A stretch of 64,000 nt of DNA from an uncultured Pseudomonadota bacterium (GTDB lineage Bacteria > Oederibacteriota > Muellerivitia > Muellerivitales > Muellerivitaceae). Each line of letters begins with the position of its first letter. Positions within the stretch are counted from its first letter, which is position 1. The translations under genes were made by a program, and so were the position numbers. The notes beneath the pieces are model-generated. The model was given only the letters and a program-made list of their open reading frames with translations. It searched no databases and was not told where the DNA came from. Of the stretch, positions 1 through 8,712 are shown in pieces. The stretch spans positions 128,001 to 192,000 of the forward strand of contig CAWJKT010000006.1 in the NCBI GenBank assembly GCA_963843375.1. The letters run 5' to 3'.

Positions 1-205
1 GATATTGGAAGAAATTAATCTCCATCAAAATGGCTCCTTAATGGTGGTCACCCATCTTCCCTTTGTTGAAGAACTCGCTTCGCTTTTGGCGGCTGATTCC
101 CCGGACGCTAAAATTTCATTTCCGACCGCGGGAATGGCCGCCTTTGAGCGGGGGGGAAAAAACTGGAAATGGCTTTGGTCGCTTGATCCTTCTAAGCTTA
201 AATGA
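1..205 (+). CDS. Phosphohistidine phosphatase SixA-like, C-terminal part (5' truncated by the window)
   Basis: MVVTHLPFVEELASLL...FPTAGMA matches the C-terminal half of SixA/histidine phosphatases. Confidence 0.65.
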   Translation, partial: ILEEINLHQNGSLMVVTHLPFVEELASLLAADSPDAKISFPTAGMAAFERGGKNWKWLWSLDPSKLK

Positions 206-405
206 TGAAACCTTAATCTTAAAAAATTCCGCCAAGCCACAATGCACAATCTCCCCTTTGAGAAAATGTCGTGGTATGGGGGGATTATTTGTTTTGTGGG
301 TACTTGGAGCTATTTCCCAATAAGCCTAGTTGTACACTAGGCCCTTAGTGCGAGGACAAATTCAAGGCCACCGACCGCTAGGTTGAAGGCCGGTTGCAGC
401 GTCTT

Positions 406-1032
406 CTAGGGCCGTGCTTTAGAGTAGATGGCGTAAGTGCACTTGAGGGTGGCTTTATCCAGAACCAGGCCGGTCAAGGAGTTCACGACGTCCTTGCAGT
501 TGAAGTTACCTTCGACTGGGCACCTCTTTTCCTTCAAGGCGTAAAGTGTGAAGATATAGGTGTGGAGTTTCTCATCGTTCCAGGGCGGAGCGGGACCGTC
601 ATAGCCGGAGTAAGAGCCTTCCATGTTCGGGTTTCCCTTGTACCATTCGGTGAAATCGTTCACGGCATGTCGGGTACCGCGGGCGCCGGCCGGGCCGGTC
701 TTACCCTTGACCGTGACCTCCTTGCTGAATTCGCCCGGCTGTATGAAGGTCTTGGTATCAAGATCCACCACCGCCCAATGGTAAAACTCGGTGCGGGGAT
801 AGTCATAGGGGACCACCTTTCCCGCCTTGTTCACGAAATCACGGCTGGTCGGGGCATCGATGTCATGCATGACGAGGACGAGAGATTTGATGCCCTCCGG
901 CATTTCGCCCCAGGCGAAATGGGGGTTGCGGTTCCTGGACAATTCCGCGTGGTGGCTGAGGTGAGGCTTGAGAAAGGTATATTCATCCCGCATACGGGAA
1001 CCGTCGCTGAAGCTATCGCTATAGAATCTCAT
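406..1032 (-). CDS. YbhB/YbcL family (PEBP/RKIP-like) protein
   Basis: Motifs LVMHDIDAP, FYHWAVVD, YDGPAPP, HTYIFTLYAL; RBS AAGGAG upstream. Confidence 0.9.
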   Translation of the reverse strand: MRFYSDSFSDGSRMRDEYTFLKPHLSHHAELSRNRNPHFAWGEMPEGIKSLVLVMHDIDAPTSRDFVNKAGKVVPYDYPRTEFYHWAVVDLDTKTFIQPGEFSKEVTVKGKTGPAGARGTRHAVNDFTEWYKGNPNMEGSYSGYDGPAPPWNDEKLHTYIFTLYALKEKRCPVEGNFNCKDVVNSLTGLVLDKATLKCTYAIYSKARP

Positions 1033-1513
1033 GAAAATCTCCTTGGTCCAGGGGTTTAATTGTCCTTATTGAAGCACGGCTCCCTTAAAAAACAAGCCTG
1101 AAGTGGACGACAAGGGACTTAAAATAAATCCGGTTTCACGGAACATTCCTAAAGTGTTATCGGGCAAAGCATATGACCCCCGACCGTTGCGGCGAAACTT
1201 TCGCCAGGTTTTAGGATCGTTCCTTTGGCAAATACGCTGAAAAATCGTCTTCGGTTCTGCGCCGGTTTTTGCCGGAAAGCCGATTGCCCCATAAAGCCTC
1301 AAAAAAACAAAGGGACTTGGCTGGAGTTTCCTTGTCCCCCTCCTAAATTAGAGGGAAAAACCAAATGTTGTGCGTGAATTCTCCATACAGAAACCTTTAA
1401 ACGGTAAACTGGCTTAAAACAATGCCCCTTGTTTTTAGTTTAAACCCTCGGCCTTTAAACCTCCTTTGGTTTAATTTCCTTTCTTATAAATGAACTACCA
1501 AATAAAAGCCTTA

Positions 1514-1557
1514 TGCTATAATGACGCTCCCTAAGATTTCCATTTCTCCCCTGGAGG
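1514..1557 (+). promoter_or_regulatory. Extended -10 promoter (TGCTATAAT) and RBS (GGAGG) of the 738-aa gene
   Basis: TGCTATAAT at 1514-1522; GGAGG at 1553-1557, 9 nt before ATG 1567. Confidence 0.6.
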
Positions 1558-1566
1558 CTTCTTTAT

Positions 1567-3783
1567 ATGACCACTGCCACACAATCCGTCACCGGCACCC
1601 ATTACGAACAGCTCATGAAGGGTGTGGACAGCGAGGTCCGGAATAAGGTCGAGGACTTTATCCGCTTCTTCGCCAACGACGCTGATACTTCGGCCGTGGG
1701 GGAAAAATCCCGCTCGGATAAATTGCGCAACGCCTACAACGCGCTAGTGGATTACATCGTTTCCAACTTCCTGAACAACCTCAATCCCGAGCAATCCACC
1801 TTCCTTTGCACGGGGGCCATCGGTGACAGGATCACCGTCCAAACCGAGAAAGAGACCAAGGAAATCCAGCTTCTGTCGACCCCTTTTTATGAATCCCTCC
1901 TTAAATCATTTTCGGGCCGTAACCCCGAGACAATCCCCGCCCCCGCCTATTGCGTGGTCGACAAGTTCTTTGCCATCGCCCGCAACGAACTAGTCTCCTT
2001 TAAGATGGGCAAGGAGCGCGAGCGAGACCTGCGAAACGCCTCCGGTTCCGATACCAGCTACGTCAAGAACGAGTGGAAGCGCAAGATGAACCTGCTGCGA
2101 ACCGAGATCGGGATCTCCATCGGCCAAATGGATTCCAACTTCTCAAGGTTCATTGGTTCTTTTAACGAGGCTGCGGGAAAGAACGCCAAAAGCGCCATGG
2201 AGATCCTCAAGAAGGTGGCCGCCATTTGGGGCCGGGGCGATAACGTGAACGAACAGGAATTAGCCTTCCTCAAGGGTTTCGAAGGCAAGACCGGCCTGGC
2301 GGGCGGGGGCATGGCCAAATGGTTGGATGAGTTGCAGACCCAAATGGCGGTCATCGCCGAACACAGCCGACAGGTCGAGGAAAAATACCAGGTGATCCTC
2401 AAATGCCAGCAGGAAATGGCCAAGGCTGAAGTCATGATGCGCACCTCCCCTGTGGACGGCCAGAAGATCCGCAACGAGTGGAAGAGGAAGATGGACCAAG
2501 TCAAGGGCGAGATCGTTTTGTCCATCGGCCAGATCGATGCCAACTCACCTAAGGTTATCGCCGCCTTGAACGCCTCCGCCGGACAGAGCGCCAAAATCGC
2601 CATGGAGACTTTCCGGACCATCGCGGTCATCTGGACCAAGGGCGACAGCCTGACCGAACAGGACAAAGCCGCTCTAAGGGTTTCCGAGGGGAAGATCGGG
2701 TCAAGCGCTGCGGAACTGACAAAAGTGATCACGCCGATCATGCCGCTCATGGCCAAGATCTCCGAGAACGGCAAGCAAGTGGAGGAAAAATACCAGAGCG
2801 TGGCCAAGTGCCAACAGGAAATCGCCAACGCCGATTCCGGCCTGGCATCGGTGGCCCCACCCACTTCCGGACCCCTTTTCGAACAGGTTGTCATCGCGCA
2901 GATCAAAGCCGACATCGATACCACCAACAACGTCTGCGTGAAGCCGGCCGACACCTCCCCCATGAGGGTCCCCTTTTCCGCGGCCCGTATCCTACTGACC
3001 AAGCAGTTCCCAGACGAGGGCAACCCGATGGACAGCCTCTGTACCCCCCCCGCCGTCCTGGCCGCCCTGGAAAAAATCCTGAAGATTCACACCAACCTCT
3101 TCAACCGGGACTGGGAGGGAAAACACATCATCCCCCCCATCTTGATCGAACCCCTTCGCAACTTCGTGGATTTCTTCGAAGACCGGTTCGTCATGTCCTT
3201 CGTCTCCGGTGAAACCGTCCGTAAGGGCGCCTTCGTGACCTTCAACCCGATGGAGGTGCAGGTGTTACGCCTTTGCGCCCTTTACCTTACCAAGGATCCC
3301 ATTTATGACTACCGGGGCGAGGTGAGAACCGGGACTTTTATGGGCGACTACACGGGCAAGATCGAAAAGACGACCAAGGTCAAGTGGACCGGTCAGGACA
3401 AGAAGTTCTCCTTGGCGGCCACCCAAAGCATGCAGGACGAGGCCAGCCGCGACGACGCGATCGCCGACTATATCGATTTCATCAGCTCCATCGCCAACAA
3501 CATCGCACCCTCGCCCAAGCTCAGCAAGCGCAGGCTGGCGATCCTGTTGCGGTACGTGCTATTCGACGATGTCGTGAAGAACATCGCAGCCATCCTGAAG
3601 CTTGTGACCCAGACCGATCCGGGCGAGGCCAAGACCGCTATCCTGTCCTTCGCGAAGGACAACGTGGACGTGGCCAAGGACTTGGTCCGAGCGGCCGTAA
3701 AATCCGATCCCTTGGCTTCCAAGATGTTCAGCGACAACCCTGATTTCGCCATCATGAGGGTGTTTGGCGGCGCCAGCCGTTAA
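1567..3783 (+). CDS. Uncharacterised 738-aa soluble helical protein with an internal 135-aa tandem duplication
   Basis: Long ORF with strong GC3 codon bias, own promoter, RBS and terminator; no family recognised. Confidence 0.85.
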   Translation: MTTATQSVTGTHYEQLMKGVDSEVRNKVEDFIRFFANDADTSAVGEKSRSDKLRNAYNALVDYIVSNFLNNLNPEQSTFLCTGAIGDRITVQTEKETKEIQLLSTPFYESLLKSFSGRNPETIPAPAYCVVDKFFAIARNELVSFKMGKERERDLRNASGSDTSYVKNEWKRKMNLLRTEIGISIGQMDSNFSRFIGSFNEAAGKNAKSAMEILKKVAAIWGRGDNVNEQELAFLKGFEGKTGLAGGGMAKWLDELQTQMAVIAEHSRQVEEKYQVILKCQQEMAKAEVMMRTSPVDGQKIRNEWKRKMDQVKGEIVLSIGQIDANSPKVIAALNASAGQSAKIAMETFRTIAVIWTKGDSLTEQDKAALRVSEGKIGSSAAELTKVITPIMPLMAKISENGKQVEEKYQSVAKCQQEIANADSGLASVAPPTSGPLFEQVVIAQIKADIDTTNNVCVKPADTSPMRVPFSAARILLTKQFPDEGNPMDSLCTPPAVLAALEKILKIHTNLFNRDWEGKHIIPPILIEPLRNFVDFFEDRFVMSFVSGETVRKGAFVTFNPMEVQVLRLCALYLTKDPIYDYRGEVRTGTFMGDYTGKIEKTTKVKWTGQDKKFSLAATQSMQDEASRDDAIADYIDFISSIANNIAPSPKLSKRRLAILLRYVLFDDVVKNIAAILKLVTQTDPGEAKTAILSFAKDNVDVAKDLVRAAVKSDPLASKMFSDNPDFAIMRVFGGASR
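2068..2835 (+). repeat. Intragenic diverged tandem repeat, two units with a 405-nt period
   Basis: NEWKRKM...SIGQ.D.N...IW..GD...EQ....L...EGK.G...QVEEKYQ...KCQQE.A.A begins at 2068 and again at 2473. Confidence 0.9.
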
Positions 3784-3804
3784 GCCGAACCTCCAAGCCA
3801 TCCC

Positions 3805-3835
3805 AAAGTCCTTCCTGGTTCAGGAGGGACTTTTT
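3805..3835 (+). terminator. Rho-independent terminator
   Basis: AAAGTCCTTCCTG-GTT-CAGGAGGGACTTT stem-loop followed by a T tract. Confidence 0.85.
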
Positions 3836-3958
3836 GTTTTCCGACCCGCCGGTAAAATGGCAATCATTAACATTTCATAGGTTTATTTGAGAGGCGAAAG
3901 ACTTCATCCCTGCGTTTATAATAAAACTATCTTTGAAAAAAAACTTTGAAGGAGAGCT

Positions 3959-4504
3959 ATGGTTTCCCCCTCGGATATGAATTTAGTTTGGATGGACCTG
4001 GAGATGTCCGGTTTGGACCCAAAAACCTGCGTCATCCTGGAGATCGCGACCCTTATCACTGATAAGGATTTGAACCTGCTCGCTCAGGGACCAACCCTCG
4101 TGGTGCACCAACCCGACAGCATCTTGGACAACATGGATGATTGGAACAAAAAGCACCATAAGGAATCAGGACTAACCCAAGCGGTCAAGGACTCACAAAC
4201 CACCCTGGTCGAGGCTGAAAACCAGACTCTTGAATTCATTTCAAAACACTGCAAGGAAAAAAGCAGCCCCCTTTGCGGAAACACCATTTACCAGGACCGG
4301 CGCTTTTTGATCGAATACATGCCCAACCTGGAAAGTTACCTTCATTATCGATTAGTGGACGTGAGCACCATTAAGGAACTGGTAAAGAGATGGTATGGAC
4401 CCGAGTTCCAATCGCCTCAAAAAAAACAAAAACATAAAGCCTTGGATGATATCTTCGAAACCATTGAAGAACTAAAGTTCTACCGTAAATGCGTTTTCAA
4501 ATAA
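3959..4504 (+). CDS. orn: Oligoribonuclease
   Basis: LVWMDLEMSGLDP, PLCGNTIYQDRRFL, YLHYRLVDVSTIKEL, HKALDDI. Confidence 0.97.
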   Translation: MVSPSDMNLVWMDLEMSGLDPKTCVILEIATLITDKDLNLLAQGPTLVVHQPDSILDNMDDWNKKHHKESGLTQAVKDSQTTLVEAENQTLEFISKHCKEKSSPLCGNTIYQDRRFLIEYMPNLESYLHYRLVDVSTIKELVKRWYGPEFQSPQKKQKHKALDDIFETIEELKFYRKCVFK

Positions 4505-4788
4505 AATCTTTTTCAATTTAGAAATTTGAAGATTTATCGATCAAGCGCCGTATTTAGTCCCTCGTTTGGCGTCTTTCGGTTTTAAAAAAGTTGGTTTTCA
4601 AAATTTAACCTAAAAATATTTTTAGTTTTTTTCTTTCACGGCAAACCGCAAACAGATTCCCTCTGGCACAAAATCTAAAACACTTTTTGGGTAAACATTT
4701 TCCTTAATATGCTCCATATTTGACTGTACGCTCACTCAACCCTCGTTTAATAATAATCGAACTACACACTTGAACGCCAAATCCCGTT

Positions 4789-5913
4789 TTGAAAAAACTG
4801 GAAATTACATTGCCTTCGAAAAAAGCCGGCGCATCTGAAAATGCGAGCCGCTTGGAACAAACTCAGAGTGAAACCTTGCGCGTGAGGATGGCTACCCTGA
4901 ACCAGGGGCTGATGTCCTTGTACCATGCGAGCGCTGAGCTTCAGTTTTCCAAACCTCTTTCTTCCTTACTTAAATCCATTCTGCGCGGCTTAAAAAGCGG
5001 CACCGGTATTAACCGGGCCGCTATTTTCATTAAAGATGAATCCTCTTTTAGCCTAAAAGGTTGCATGGGCATTGGCTTGAATGACAAAAAAATTCAAGAA
5101 ATGAACGTTCTATTGACGGTGGAAGAAGAGTCGGATCTCCTAAAAGCGGCCCAAACACCCATCCATCTCAAGGGGGCTAACTCGGTCCAGACAAGGTTAA
5201 ATCACCTGTTTGAAGAGGAACTCGACTTTAAATGCGCCTCCATGGTGGCGCTGGAAATCCGTGATCACTTGGTAGGGCTCTTGGTCTATGAACAATCCCA
5301 GGATTTGTTGCAGGAAGAAATTCTAATCATTTTTTCAAGACAAGCGGCTTTAACGATCGAGAACGCAAAACTTTTCGCAAAAGTGGAGGAAATGGCCCTT
5401 CGGGACATCCTCACCGGCCTTTACAATCGCCGATACTTTCATCAAATCCTGGATTATGAACTCAATCGGGCCAAACGGTATCATCAACCCCTGTCTCTGG
5501 TTTTTATCGACTTGGATCATTTCAAGGAAATCAATGATAGCTTCGGACATTCCGTCGGCGACCAGTTTCTAAAGCAAATTGCCCAAAAACTCCAATCGCT
5601 TTTTAGAACCACCGACTTGGTTGCCCGATATGCGGGTGATGAATTTGTCGCGGTTCTTCCGGGGACCAACAGCGAAGGCGCAATGATTTTGGCCCGTCGC
5701 CTGCAAGAATCCCTGGGGAGCTACCAGATTATGGCCCGGGGCAGAACCCTTCAAGTTTCAGTTAGCATTGGCGTGGACACTTATGATGGAACTGATGGAA
5801 TTGGCGGGGTAACTTTCATCGACCGGGCCGACAAAGCGATGTACGAAGCAAAAGCGAATGGCCGAAATTGCGTGAAAAGCTTTCAAGAACTTCCGAAAGT
5901 CTTTGTCAATTAA
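4789..5913 (+). CDS. GAF-like sensor plus diguanylate cyclase (AGDEF variant, RxxD I-site present)
   Basis: DILTGLYNRR, DLDHFKEINDSFGHSVGD, FRTTDLVARYAGDEF, SIGV, ADKAMYEAK; start uncertain. Confidence 0.9.
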   Translation: MKKLEITLPSKKAGASENASRLEQTQSETLRVRMATLNQGLMSLYHASAELQFSKPLSSLLKSILRGLKSGTGINRAAIFIKDESSFSLKGCMGIGLNDKKIQEMNVLLTVEEESDLLKAAQTPIHLKGANSVQTRLNHLFEEELDFKCASMVALEIRDHLVGLLVYEQSQDLLQEEILIIFSRQAALTIENAKLFAKVEEMALRDILTGLYNRRYFHQILDYELNRAKRYHQPLSLVFIDLDHFKEINDSFGHSVGDQFLKQIAQKLQSLFRTTDLVARYAGDEFVAVLPGTNSEGAMILARRLQESLGSYQIMARGRTLQVSVSIGVDTYDGTDGIGGVTFIDRADKAMYEAKANGRNCVKSFQELPKVFVN

Positions 5914-5942
5914 TTCCCGCCTCAACCCTTCTAATATATCCT

Positions 5943-7463
5943 TCAACCAATAGCAAAAAGTTTTTTCTGGTTATTGGACAAAGAGGGATTCTCCTCCAAA
6001 ACCTTAATTGTTTGTAACCGTCCATCCGACTGGCCATTGATTCGGGCTCCCGAATCCAAAACATTCATTAGATAACTATAGATTTCCTGGGTGATAACCT
6101 CCCCGGGACAAAGAACCGGGATACCCGGGGGATAGGGACAGACAATTTCCGCGCATGTTTTCCCCACCGACCGTTTAAACGGAATTTTACGCGTTAATTT
6201 GGTCAAAGCTTCGCGGGGATTCACTTCTTTACGGGGGATAAAGCTCGGAAAAACGATCCTTTTGCGTTTCTTTTGGTTCATAAACATGTCTTTATAATCC
6301 ACCACAATTTTTCTTAAGGCTTTCACAAACTTCTTCAACTCCTTGGGGGTGTTCCCGATGGAAACAAAAAGAAGGACATTCTGAAAGTCGGCCATCTCAG
6401 TCTGGATTCCGTACTCGGAGTTCAATATCTTTGCCATGTCATATCCCGAGCATGGAAGACCTTTGGTTGAAACAGTAAGTTTCGTCACATCCAAATCCAA
6501 GTTCGGAATTTTACGGACCTGCTCTCGGGTGAGACAGGCTAACCCCGGTATTTTATTGACCTCATTTCGGGTTTCTTCGCACATCTCAATCACTTCACCC
6601 AGGGCTTTTTCCCCGCCTTGGACCATTTGATAACGTGATAAATCCAAAGAGCCAAGAATCACATAGGAAGGACTGGTCGTCTGGAGCATTTGAAGTGTTG
6701 TTTTGAGTCTTAAAATATCGACCCGAACCCCCTTCACATGGAGCATGGATCCTTGACTTAACGCCGCCAAATGTTTGTGGGTGGATTGAACGCACATGTC
6801 GGCCCCGGAATCAATCGCCGCTTTGGGAAAGGAAGGGTGAAAATGAAGGTGCGCTCCGTGGGCCTCGTCCACTAAAAGGATTTTGTCGTATCGATGGACG
6901 ATTTCGGCTATCGCTTCAACGTCGGTGGTTAAACCAAAGTAAGTCGGGTTCGTCACCAGGACGGCTTTGGCGTCAGGATTTTGGCGACAGGCCTCCTCCA
7001 CCTGCTCGGGGGTCAGATTTAAAATCAAATCGGAATTTTCATCGATTTTCGGCATGATATAAACCGGTTCGGCACCGGCAAGGATAACCGCCGAAATGAC
7101 CGATTTATGGGCGTTACGGGGAATAATAATTTTATCCCCCGGATCGCAAACGGACAAAATCATGGCTTGGTTTCCGCCCGTGGTTCCATTGACTAGGAAA
7201 AAGGAATAATCCGCCCCATAGGCTTTCGCGGCCAATATTTGAGCTTCCTTGATGACGGAACTGGGCTCATGAAGCGAATCAACCTCGCTCATGACCGAAA
7301 GGTCGAGTCGGAACACCTTATCCCCTACAAATTGGCGGAATACCTTCGGCATTCCCTGACCATGCTTATGCCCAGGTGTATGGAATGAAATTTTATTTTC
7401 GTTGGCGTATCGAACAATTGCGTCAAAAAGCGGGGTTTTGTCTTGGCCGTCATAGAGTGACAT
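5943..7463 (-). CDS. Arginine/lysine/ornithine decarboxylase, PLP fold I, Firmicute type
   Basis: SFHTPGHK, LVNGTT, RNAHKS, VDEAHGAH, QSTHK (PLP Lys), TTSPSY, PYPPGIP. Confidence 0.92.
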   Translation of the reverse strand: MSLYDGQDKTPLFDAIVRYANENKISFHTPGHKHGQGMPKVFRQFVGDKVFRLDLSVMSEVDSLHEPSSVIKEAQILAAKAYGADYSFFLVNGTTGGNQAMILSVCDPGDKIIIPRNAHKSVISAVILAGAEPVYIMPKIDENSDLILNLTPEQVEEACRQNPDAKAVLVTNPTYFGLTTDVEAIAEIVHRYDKILLVDEAHGAHLHFHPSFPKAAIDSGADMCVQSTHKHLAALSQGSMLHVKGVRVDILRLKTTLQMLQTTSPSYVILGSLDLSRYQMVQGGEKALGEVIEMCEETRNEVNKIPGLACLTREQVRKIPNLDLDVTKLTVSTKGLPCSGYDMAKILNSEYGIQTEMADFQNVLLFVSIGNTPKELKKFVKALRKIVVDYKDMFMNQKKRKRIVFPSFIPRKEVNPREALTKLTRKIPFKRSVGKTCAEIVCPYPPGIPVLCPGEVITQEIYSYLMNVLDSGARINGQSDGRLQTIKVLEENPSLSNNQKKLFAIG

Positions 7464-8408
7464 TTATTTGGAATTCTTCTCCTCTCCTATAAATCGATAG
7501 GTCAAGGGTTTATTATCCCGGATAATATCCTTAATTCTTGAAAAGCCATCCCGAATATACTTAGGGACGAAAAAAATGCCTTCATGAGTTTCCCCGTCGT
7601 AATATTTTAAGGGGCCCACTTTGCGTTCCTTCAACACACGGTTAACGTAATCCCTTTTCAGGGCTTTGGGATCCATCGTCTTGGAAGCCATGGTAAAACT
7701 CCAGGGAATATCAAAAGACGGGACATTAGCCGGCCAAGAATAAACCATGGGGAAAACTTTTTTCAAGGTATTATGAACCGCCGCAAGACAGCGAAGTTCC
7801 TTCTCTGCCGAGCAACCCGATTGAAGGGCAACCATTCCGTTTTCCGAGAGTTTGCTGGACACCATCCGGTAGAATTCCTCGGTATAAAGAAGGTATGCTG
7901 GCCCCGCTTCCACCGGCTCGGGTATATCAATGATGATAACGTCGAATTTTTCTTTGCTTTTTTCCAAAAATTTACGGCCGTCTTTAAACATCAAGGTTGT
8001 TCTTTTGTCCTTAAAGGCTCCCCGATGCCATTCGGGCATATATTCATCACAAAGTTCCACAACCCTCTTGTCGATATCGATCATCCAGGCTTTTTCAACC
8101 GTTTTATGGCGAAGTACTTCATAAAGAGTGGCGCCTTCCCCGCCCCCGATAATGACTACATTTTTCGGATTAGGACAGGTCACCATGGCCGGATGCACCA
8201 GATTTTCGTGATAAATAAACTCATCCACTTGAGCTGATTGCATATGGCCATCTAAGATCAGGCATTTGCCATAATGGTTGGATTGAATGACTTCTACTTT
8301 TTGAAAGGGCGTCTTTTCGGAGGCGTAAATTTTAGAAATGCCGCGCATATGAGCCTCGTCAGGCGCATAAAACTCTATATGCCAATGCGGACTAATGGTG
8401 TCGGTCAT
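7464..8408 (-). CDS. speE: Polyamine aminopropyltransferase (spermidine synthase family)
   Basis: LILDG, DEFIYHENLVHP, IIGGGEGA, FDVIIIDIPEP, LYTEEFY. Confidence 0.93.
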   Translation of the reverse strand: MTDTISPHWHIEFYAPDEAHMRGISKIYASEKTPFQKVEVIQSNHYGKCLILDGHMQSAQVDEFIYHENLVHPAMVTCPNPKNVVIIGGGEGATLYEVLRHKTVEKAWMIDIDKRVVELCDEYMPEWHRGAFKDKRTTLMFKDGRKFLEKSKEKFDVIIIDIPEPVEAGPAYLLYTEEFYRMVSSKLSENGMVALQSGCSAEKELRCLAAVHNTLKKVFPMVYSWPANVPSFDIPWSFTMASKTMDPKALKRDYVNRVLKERKVGPLKYYDGETHEGIFFVPKYIRDGFSRIKDIIRDNKPLTYRFIGEEKNSK

Positions 8409-8503
8409 GAAAGAAAGTCTCCAATCGGAGTATTTTATAAAATTAAAATAAGGGTCTTTTTGTGTATCCTAAAGAACTAGAAAATTTCTTCAAATTAAGA
8501 AAC

Positions 8504-8544
8504 AAAAAAAAAGCGAGACGTTAAATAGGTGTTAACGGCTCGCT
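8504..8544 (-). terminator. Intrinsic terminator inside the speE 5' leader (candidate attenuator)
   Basis: Minus strand AGCGAGCCGTTAA-CACCTAT-TTAACGTCTCGC followed by T9, about 95 nt upstream of the speE ATG. Confidence 0.8.
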
Positions 8545-8610
8545 GCTGTCGTGGCTAAAGGTAGATTGGCGAATTGCCTCTGTGGGAGTTGTATAAAAAC
8601 CACGCTTCAC
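8521..8610 (-). CDS. Putative 29-aa leader peptide MKRGFYTTPTEAIRQSTFSHDSSEPLTPI
   Basis: GTG-started ORF between the promoter and the leader terminator; its stop lies in the terminator 3' arm; weak SD. Confidence 0.5.
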   Translation of the reverse strand: MKRGFYTTPTEAIRQSTFSHDSSEPLTPI

Positions 8611-8657
8611 TTTCTTCGAAGTTACAAAATCCGAGCGATTTTCTATGAACTTTCTCA

Positions 8658-8685
8658 AGTATAAAACGATACATTATACTGTCAA
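8658..8685 (-). promoter_or_regulatory. Sigma70-type promoter of the speE operon
   Basis: TTGACA-16 nt-TATACT on the minus strand. Confidence 0.75.
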
Positions 8686-8712
8686 GAAAAAAGATGTGTT
8701 TTTGCCGCAATT

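Noticed and set aside
394..1059. 221-aa plus-strand ORF
   Set aside because: Antisense shadow of the YbhB/YbcL gene, with no motifs
1066..1302. 78-aa minus-strand ORF in the long intergenic region
   Set aside because: No clear RBS, motif or codon signal
2058..3023. 321-aa minus-strand ORF with an apparent repeat
   Set aside because: Antisense shadow of the 738-aa gene; its repeat mirrors the sense repeat
4662..4680. TGGCAC as a possible sigma54 -24 element
   Set aside because: No TTGC at the -12 position
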